DNA of 64,000 nucleotides from Chrysomallon squamiferum (taxonomy: Eukaryota > Animalia > Mollusca): assembly GCA_012295275.1 (NCBI GenBank), contig CM022677.1, forward strand, positions 24,428,001 to 24,492,000, read 5' to 3'. The first letter of the stretch is position 1. Every line of letters starts with the position of its first letter. Of this stretch, positions 55,033 to 64,000 are shown piece after piece. A program made the translations under genes and the position numbers. The notes under the pieces were generated by a model. It was given only the letters and a program-made list of their open reading frames with translations, was not told the DNA's origin and did not search any database.

Positions 55033-55718
55033 GTATGTTTGTATCTATTTATACGTATGTATGTTTTTATCTATGATTATGGATGGATATGTGTGTATGC
55101 ATGTAAGAATTAGAAGTTGCCCTTTTTTATACAGTTTTTCTTACTCTAGTACTGATTTGATATTTTCTTCTAAAAATTGTAATGATTCATTTTCATATGT
55201 ATTTTAATATATTGAAAAATTGAATTAAATTTTTTTTTTTAAATAATAAAATAAAATATAATAAATAAATTATAATTTCAGAATTATTGTTTTCTCTTTT
55301 GGTCATGCTAAGAACAGCTAGTTTAAACTGAGTGGATATGTATGCCAGCTAAAGGCTGATAACTAACAAAACTAATTTTATAAATTAGTGAAATAATAAC
55401 AAATAATATAAAATAAAATAATTAAGAAAAGAAAGAAAGAAACATCCTAATATTTAAAAAGAATAATAATTATTATGTTTCGAAAAATGTCTGGGGCAAC
55501 TGACAAAATATATAAGAGAATTCGCCGATTTGGGCATACGCGCTTAAAGGAGATTTTCCTTCCCTCATCTTTGTTATTATCACACCATACAAAGGAAAAC
55601 CGAAACCGAAACGAAAAATAAAATCTTGTTTTGTTTTTAGATTAATGATCATTTTAATATCATTTACAATTTTCTTTCCTCAAAATTTCTTTCAGCTGAA
55701 ACATTTTATTACAATCCC

Positions 55719-55759
<41 letters not shown>

Positions 55760-56262
55760 TTTATGTTTCTTTGTTTATTTAATGTTCTAGGTCACAGAAA
55801 ACGTTCAACAGTAGTATTTATATATTTATTTAATTGTTTATTTTATATCTTTTTTTTTTTCTTTTTTTTTTTTCTGGTTTGATTTTTTTTCTTTCGTTAG
55901 TTAAAACTTTCATTGCGTGATACTTATTTTGTAATTAAGTTAAATATAAAAACTAGAACAAAATACCTGAAAACTCTTTCTTGTTTCGTATAGGAACATC
56001 ACCTTTTAAATGACAAAATTTGTTGCTTACGTCACACAGGTAACGCACGAGTGCTCCACAAACTGACAAGTCATGGTACGCTATTATTGTACGGTAACTA
56101 AAACCGAAGCAGGAGATCTGTTTCGTTATCATATCAGTGTGTTCAATTGTGAACACTGACTCGTTGAAGTTAGGAGTAAATAGTTGCATTTAAATAAATA
56201 AATAAAGTAAAATAAAAACTAACAAATAAATAAAATGAATTAAAATAAAATAAAAAATAATA

Positions 56263-56354
<92 letters not shown>

Positions 56355-56494
56355 TAAGAAAATGTACAAGTTTCTTATGCTGAAACATATTGTAATGTAT
56401 TCTGGGGGGAAAAAAAGAAGAAGATAATAATGTTAATGAATAAACTAAAGTAATTTTATTTTATTTTATTTTATTTAGTTATTCATTTCTTCTT

Positions 56495-56525
<31 letters not shown>

Positions 56526-57162
56526 TTGTTATTATTAGTTTTATTATTTTTTTAAAGTAGTTGTCTTTGACAAACATAGCATTTTAACAAGTTATTTTCA
56601 GTATTTGTGTTTTTAATTTTTAACTTTTCATTTATATTTATCTACTTTTACACTTTCTGTATTCCTTTTGTAAACAAACCTCTCTTGTATTTTGCTAGAA
56701 ATAACTGCAATTAGTTATTGACGAAATAAATAAATAAATAGCTAGATTAGATTGATAGATATAAAGTATATGAAATAAAATAAAATATTTCTAGTTTAAT
56801 TTCCCTTGAATGCGATTTGAAACAGAAAGGCAGGCATTTAAAATTTTTAAAATAACATAAAAGTAAAATAAATAATAATAATAATTATTATGATGATGAT
56901 AGAATATGTTTACAGCTTATTCGAATGAGAGACTATCTATTCTCTAATTCAAAGAGTTCAGTTTCGACTGTAATGGGTAATTTGTAGACTAAGAACTATC
57001 AGATTTCTGCGATATGAGTCCCGTGTAATGTCGAATTCTATTTATATGTTTTTGTTTTTGTTTGTTTGATTCTTTGTTTATTTATATCATCAGTTTTATT
57101 CTTGTTGTTGTTTATTTTTTATTTAATTTTCTTATTTTCTTTTTCTTTCATTCGTTGTTTTC

Positions 57163-57216
<54 letters not shown>

Positions 57217-57318
57217 TTATTTTTCTTAATTTGAACAATTTTGAACTCTACTACTATAATCAAAACGATGCTTTTAGAAAATGTATCTCTTCACTGGATC
57301 AGGTTGATTGCATTCTAC
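52990..57318. repeat. Segmental duplicate of ~18000-22250 (offset ~35 kb)
   Basis: Near-identical caspase N-terminus, leader, (AAT)n, (CTT)n (21417/56487) and upstream sequence. Confidence 0.92.
53320..54460 (-). repeat. Coding 27-bp tandem repeat (~42 units)
   Basis: Same unit family as 18330-19405. Confidence 0.92.
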
Positions 57319-58227
57319 TAAAATGTGATTCTACTGTACATCTGCGTACTGACTATGTAGACACAGCGGTACAGGTGTCTTTTGTGTTTAAATAATAGAC
57401 AATATGTCTTGTTCCTCAACAGAAAATACTTTATGTACTGCATGTGTGTAGGTATGTATCTGCATACGTCTGTATATGTATTATGTATGTTTGTTAAATG
57501 TATGTATTTGTGTATGTATATACATATGTATATCTGTATGTTTATGTATGTATGTATATAAAAGTTGAATCAGAATATGCAGAGCAAGTATACATCGTAA
57601 AGCATTGGCAAATTGGAGAAACAAACAACAACAATAAAATATAAATAAATAAATAAATAAATAAAGCTTAGAATTATATTCTTTACACTTTTCCAAGAAT
57701 AGCCAGTTTAAATTGAGTGGATATGTATGACAATTAAAAGCTATTTTAGAAAATGAAAATAAAACAAAATGGAAATAAATAAATAATATAAAATTAAATA
57801 ATTAAGAAGAAGAAAATTGAACGAAACAAACATCCTAATATTTAAAAGACATCTAATAACAATAACAATGTTTCGACAAATGTCTGGGCACGTGAGCAAA
57901 ACGTGTGACACATTTCGCTGATTTGGGCATGCGCGCTTAAAACAGGTTTCCCTCACTGACAGTAACAGTATTCTAGAATCTCTGAACCTGTTTCCATTTG
58001 TTGTTAAGATAACTAACAAGATATTGTACTGAAAGTATCTAAGTCCTGTGTCTCTAGTTAGCTTGAACAGAAAATCCTATACTTTTCCATCATTTGTCAT
58101 AGAAATCTACACGAAAAGAAAGCAAAAGTAAAATAAATAATAGTAATAATGACGATTATAATAAATAAATAAATAAATGAAAGAAAGAAACATGCTAATA
58201 TTTAAAAGACATCTAATAATAATATCA

Positions 58228-58429
58228 TAGTGGGAAAAAACGCCTCGCTTGGACATGCGATCAGCAGATTAAAATAAAATATATTTAACCATAGCAACCA
58301 AAGTTTTAAAGCCAAAGTCGTCAAGTTATAATCTAATTAATTATATGTCTATTGTTAATTATCTATAGTTAAGTATATTTTATTTTAATCTGCTGATGGC
58401 ATGTTCATGCGAGGCGTATCTTCCCACTA
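58228..58429. mobile_element. Second copy of the ~200-bp MITE at the homologous insertion site
   Basis: tca|TAGTGGGAA...TTCCCACTA|tca; same terminal inverted repeats and flanks as 12076-12276. Confidence 0.88.
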
Positions 58430-59853
58430 TCATACTAATGATAATGTTTCGACAAATGTCTGTGGGCACGTCAGTAAAATTTGTGTGTCACAATTCGCTG
58501 ATTTGGGCATGCGCAGGTTTAGCCCTTGATCTTTGTTGTTAAGACACTACACAGGGAATCGAAACAAGCAGATAAAATATTGCTTTGTTTTTACATTAAT
58601 GATCATTTTAATATGATTTACATATTAAATTTTGTCTCCTCACTATTTCCGTCAGCTAAGATATTTTATTACAATTAAATGTTTTTATTATTGTTTGTAA
58701 ACTTTCATTTTTCTTCGTTTATTAAGTTTATTTTGTATCACATAAACCATTCAACAGTAGTCTTACATATATATATAATATACATTTTTTTTCTTATTTG
58801 ACCCTTTCATTGCGTAATATTTATTTTGTAAATAAGTTGGTAGCAAAAGAGAGCAGATAAAAACTGAAATAAATATCTGAAATTTCTTTCTTGTTTTCTA
58901 CATGAAAGTGATCTTGTAAATGACAAAACGGTTGCTTACGGCACATGCGCCTAAAACTGTCAAGTCATGACACTTTATTGCAGGTAACTGAAACTGCAGC
59001 TGGTGGTTTTGTTTTCGTTGATCTTATAGGTGTGTTCAGTTGTGAGAACTGACCCGTTGAAATGGTGAATAAATGGTTTAATTTACAATAAATAAATAAA
59101 TACAATAAAATAAAAACTAAGCTATAAATAAAATGAATTAAATTAAAATAAAATAAAGTCACATTCCAATATTTAAAATATATCGAATAATAATTATTAT
59201 ATTTCGAAAAATGTCTGTGGGCACCTGAGAAAATATGTATGACAATAAGCAGATTTGGGCATGCGCGCTTCAAAGAGATTTTCCACCCTTCATCTTTCTT
59301 GTTATCAGAGCATACAAACGAAAACCGAAACAAAGAAATAAAATATTATTATTATTACTATTATTATTATTATTTTATATATATATACATATATTTAAAT
59401 GTTTCAGTGCGTAATATTTATTTTATAAGTAAGTTAGTAATAAAAGAGAGGATATAAAAACTGGAATAAATACCTGAAAAATCTCTCTTGTTTTGTAGAG
59501 AAAAGTCACCTTGTAAATGACAAAATGTTTCCTTACGTCACATGCGCCTAAAACTATCAAGTCATGACACTCTATTGCAGGTAACTAAAACTGCCGCAGG
59601 TAACTGAAACTGCAGCAGGTGGATTATATAGGTATGTTCAGTTCTGATAACTGACCCGTTGAAGTTAAGAATAAATTTCACTAGGTTACTTTCCCTTGCA
59701 TGAATTCTAATGCGATTTGAAACAGAAAGTCTGACTAATCTATTTATTTCCCATCATTATTATTTTTTTGTTGTTGTTGTTTATTTTTTATTTAATTTTC
59801 CTATATTCTTTTTTGTTTAAAACTTTTCTTAATTTAATTATTTATTAATTAAC

Positions 59854-59920
<67 letters not shown>

Positions 59921-61081
59921 TGAAATTTTTAAACTCTACTGGTATCAAGAAAACGATGCTTTTAGAAAATTGATCTCTTCACTGGATCAGGTTGATTGCA
60001 TTCTACCAAAGTATAGTATATGAAAGTTGAATCAGAATCTGCAGAATATGCAGAGCAAGCCCTTTGTTCAGTTTTTCTTTCTCTAGTACTGATTTGATTT
60101 TTTCTTCGAAAAACGGCAAAGATTCATTTCCGTATACATTGCAAGGAATTGAAAAATTGGAGGAAAATAAAACAACAACAATTAAATAAAATAAATAAAT
60201 AAATAAAACAATACATAAATAAATAAAGTTCAGAATTATTCTTTACTCTTTTGCTCATGCTAAGAATAGCGAGTTTAAATTCAGTGGATATGTATGACAA
60301 TTAAAGGCAGCTTTGAAAAAGGAAAATAAAACAAAGTGGAAATAAATAAATAAATAATATAAAATAAAATAATTTAGCAGAAGAAAACTGAATGAAGGAA
60401 ACATACTAATATTTAAAAGAAATCGAAGAAAAATGAGTATGTTTCGAGAACTGTCTGTGGGCACGTGAGCAAAACTTCTATGACACAATTCTCCGATTTG
60501 GACATGCGGGCTTAAAACAGGTTTTCCTCACTGACCTTTGTTGTATAGACAGCCTACACAGGAAAATTCGAAACAAGGAAATAAAACATTGTTTTTTCTT
60601 ACATTAATTATTATTATTATTTTTTTTTTGTTATTGAATTTTCTAGTTCACAGAAAACGTTCCACAAGAGTCCTATACTTAAGAAAAAAAAAAAAAAATT
60701 GTTATCGCAATATTAAATCGAAAAACTGCAAGTCACAATTTCTGGTTTTGATTATATATAGCATTTATTTTTAACTTTTAATCCGAGCTGTAATTGAATG
60801 ATAGCAAACAAAAATACTAGTATATTTCGCTAATTAGGATTAAAAATTGATATTTGAATTGTCGGTTTGCGATCAATGTAAAAGTCTTTAGCAAAACACA
60901 AACGAGATTTGCTTATAAAATGAATATAGAGAAGGGTTTTGTATTCAAATGTAGATAAAGCTAAATTAAAAGTTAGAATTAAAAACACAGATAATTAAAA
61001 AAACACCTGTCTCTCAACGATTACTTGATATATAAACAAAAATACTTCCAATAAGACAAAGAAAAGAAAACCTGCAATGGT

Positions 61082-62775
61082 TATAATTATTATTATTTTC
61101 ACCACAGAATATAGAGTATAAAGTATAGTACAATTAATCCTAACATGACAAAATATAAAATTAAATGAATGTGTTAAAATACAGAAGTCTTCAGATTATC
61201 AAGAAAGACAACAACCAAAAAACTACAGATAATTATCTACTATAGGTTCCTAGTAATTAATATTTATCACATAAATACACAGTGAATGTTACAGTAAGAA
61301 ACATACAAGAATACAAACAAAATAATTATGACATATTTACATTTTTTTTTCACAATTTTGTGCAAATATTTCATTTTTCTTAACATTTTATTGTTCCGTT
61401 ATTTATCTTACGAACATATTTTTCTGCACAATAAATAAATAAACATGTTCAGAACATTTTGGAATACAGTTAAAGTTAGTTGTTGGTGAATTCATTTTGA
61501 TTTATAGATAAAGTGGTTCGCAATTAACATTAAATTGGCTCTATCACCTTTGTCAGATAAATTTCGGTTGTCTTAAATAATTGCATTTATTTGAAGTCTC
61601 ACATTTGTTGACAAAACTATCTGGTTTGTAACAGTGTTCCAGAATGTCTGAACATGTTTACGTAAGCAAAACGAAATTCACATTTATCTTTTATATCTTT
61701 ATACCATATACTACCAAATGATTATTTGTTGTGAAGATAATTAACAAGATGTTGTTGTATTGAAAATATATAAGTCCTGTGTTTGTAGTTAACTTGAACA
61801 GAAGAAGATGTATACTTTTCCATTATTTGTCACATAAATCTCTTCCAAAAATATACTGCCATTTTATTTTGGCATTTATTTTGTACTTTGAAATAATTTC
61901 TATTATATAATCACAGCAGAATGTGTTACCAACAATTGTTTTGAGGTGTTCTTTTGTAAAATTAGAAATTCCTGATATTTGTAATGTTACCTCGTTTGTA
62001 TGCAAAGACAATTTATAATATTTCTTAACTACTAATATCAAACCATTGCAAAATAGCAAAACATTTATTGCTCTTAAACCACACTCTTGATAATCCTGAA
62101 TTAATATTTTTTCTAGCTATTTGATCGACCTTTTAAATTGAAACGAACTGAACGAATTAGGTTTCTATTTGTTTAAAGAAAGAATCTGTTGGATAAAACA
62201 GAAAACATTTCTTTTTCCATATAACAACATTTTTGATTTCAGTCATTTTTTTTAGAGTCGTGAAACAACGTTTTAAGCATTGTTCATGAAGCCTGTTAAC
62301 CTCACTCATATTAATAGTTTGATTCTTGTGTTAGATACAGATGTGTGGAAAACTTTACCCCAAATATCGTAAATACTGTAGTCCATTTTAATTTATGTTT
62401 TGATTGCAATTTTCTGCGATTATTATAGTCTTTGCCTAATTTGCTTTATCAGTTTTAGCTTATTAACTTTGAGATCACACATATTGTTAAAATATTATAA
62501 TGTTTCCGCAGAAGCTGTATGAGTTTTATCACACCAGTCTAATAGCAATGTTGTGTCTCCGAGAAACTGAAATTTTGAATTCACTGACGTTTATCTGAAT
62601 CCCGTGTATATCTTTGTTGCACAGTGTTTATCCTTGAAGGTTGTTCTAAGTCATTAGATTTGTCCATAAGCAACTCAGTTTTATATGTAGATAGTGTGGC
62701 TATTATATTTACTTTCTCTGTTGTTTTTTTTAACTTGTCATTTTCTATTTCCAGTCTGATAATAATTTCTTTCAT
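61082..62775 (-). mobile_element. L1/Tx1 LINE fossil downstream of caspase copy 4
   Basis: Collinear with 15291-16967. ORF 62581-62775 is ORF1-like (NDLEQPSRIN) and ORF 61823-62059 is an ORF2 piece. Confidence 0.85.
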
Positions 62776-62988
62776 ATGATGTAATATTTCTTTTTTATTT
62801 TCATCTAGTTTTCTGAATTCGTTCGATAATGAAATATACTATTTCTAAAAGTACACCTTTGAAAGGGATTGTTAGAAAACTGTATTGTTGTTTGTTCGTT
62901 TTCTGTTTCTTCTTCTTGGTTAGTTTTTGTTCGCATTTGGTTTAAGGGTGGACTTTTGTAACCACACTGACAAATCGTAATTGTTGAT

Positions 62989-64000
62989 TCATTTTCTTTC
63001 ATAAAGAGGGCAGAAAACAAATTGTTTTCTTAACGTTGAATTGGTCCACGGCACTTGTTTATTGGTGCAATCGTCCCCTGGTGGGTTTTTATCACTTACG
63101 TCATCACTGACTGCACCCATTACGTTAGAAATATTTTCATGTTTGTATTTAAGAAGATTGTCACAAAGCAGTTTAATATATAAAGATCCTGTATTTGCAT
63201 TACGGTAAGACGCATATCCTGGCTCGCTTGAACAAGCAGTGTAGAAATCACAGCCCTCGGCAGTGAAATATGTCGCTTCTTCAGCCTTGACGTCAGAATG
63301 AGGAACTAGTTGTCCTTGCTGATGTTTATGACCTTGGCAGGCCTGGATAAAAAACAGCTTTGGTTTATCACGGAGGGATTTACAAGACCGGAAATAAGAA
63401 GTGACTTCCTGTAAGGTTACCTTTTCTCCATTTATTCCGTGGACCGACCCCTCACTACCGTGTGCGAGAATGCAGCAGACAAAAGCGTCGCTTTCAGAAT
63501 GGTCGCGTTCTGACATCTCTTTGAGTATACTTTTCATTTTCGAGTCACTGAGATCCCTGTGAACTTCCACATGGAAGAAAAGTTTCTCAAATGTCTCTTT
63601 CAGTCTCTCGACGTCCACACTCGAACCTAAACGTTGTTCCAATGATTTATACTTTTCATTGTTTATTATCAGACATATTCCACGTTTCTGATGCGTCATT
63701 TCATAAACAGGGAACTTTGAGCTGCAGTTTACTACGTTTAAACTGGTAAGAGAGGAAATGGACTTGGTATGGTTGTACAAGAGTTTCACCAGCTCTAAGA
63801 AGCTGTTGCATTGAATCCCGTACATTCTATTTTTGTTTGAAAGGAGCCAATGAACGGGTTGGTTGTCGATCATGTCCTGTCTCGTCCTGTGTTCCGTGTC
63901 TGTGATTCTGTTTGGTCGATTTGTCCATGGTCCGATCTCGTGCTGGGTCAGATAGTTCTTCTTTGGTTCCATTGATTCTGGTTCTTTCTGTTCGATCGTC
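62989..64000 (-). CDS. Caspase copy 4, probably 5'-partial; N-terminal region differs from copies 1-3
   Basis: ORF 62989-63972 has LAHG, QACQG (63331-63345) and SYRN. The frame stays open to the window edge (TIEQKEPES-MEPKK). Confidence 0.92.
   Translation of the reverse strand, partial: TIEQKEPESMEPKKNYLTQHEIGPWTNRPNRITDTEHRTRQDMIDNQPVHWLLSNKNRMYGIQCNSFLELVKLLYNHTKSISSLTSLNVVNCSSKFPVYEMTHQKRGICLIINNEKYKSLEQRLGSSVDVERLKETFEKLFFHVEVHRDLSDSKMKSILKEMSERDHSESDAFVCCILAHGSEGSVHGINGEKVTLQEVTSYFRSCKSLRDKPKLFFIQACQGHKHQQGQLVPHSDVKAEEATYFTAEGCDFYTACSSEPGYASYRNANTGSLYIKLLCDNLLKYKHENISNVMGAVSDDVSDKNPPGDDCTNKQVPWTNSTLRKQFVFCPLYERK

Overview
Eukaryotic, very AT-rich, microsatellite-rich animal DNA. It is probably an invertebrate; the taxon cannot be fixed from sequence alone. 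There is a 200-N gap at 45-244. The window holds a tandem cluster of four minus-strand caspase genes with intronless coding regions (stops at 17178, 30651, 52167, 62989). All four keep the LAHG His, a QACQG/QSCQG Cys and an SYRN loop, which is caspase-8/10-like. No DED or CARD is visible. Instead, copies 1-3 start with a variable-length 9-aa (27-bp) Glu/Lys/Thr/Asn repeat, and their N-terminal parts are frameshifted, probably partly through consensus errors. Each caspase is followed immediately downstream, on the same strand, by an internally deleted L1/Tx1-type LINE fossil (ORF1 coiled-coil, RT FADD-like motif, zf-RVT, ORF2 C-terminus, tail). The amplified unit is therefore a caspase+LINE cassette. 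The spacers are an irregular macrosatellite of recurrent 0.5-1 kb modules. They include three ~3.5-kb near-identical units each carrying a 37-bp minisatellite, two copies of a ~200-bp MITE, and LINE zf-RVT fragments. No prokaryotic features or RNA genes were found.
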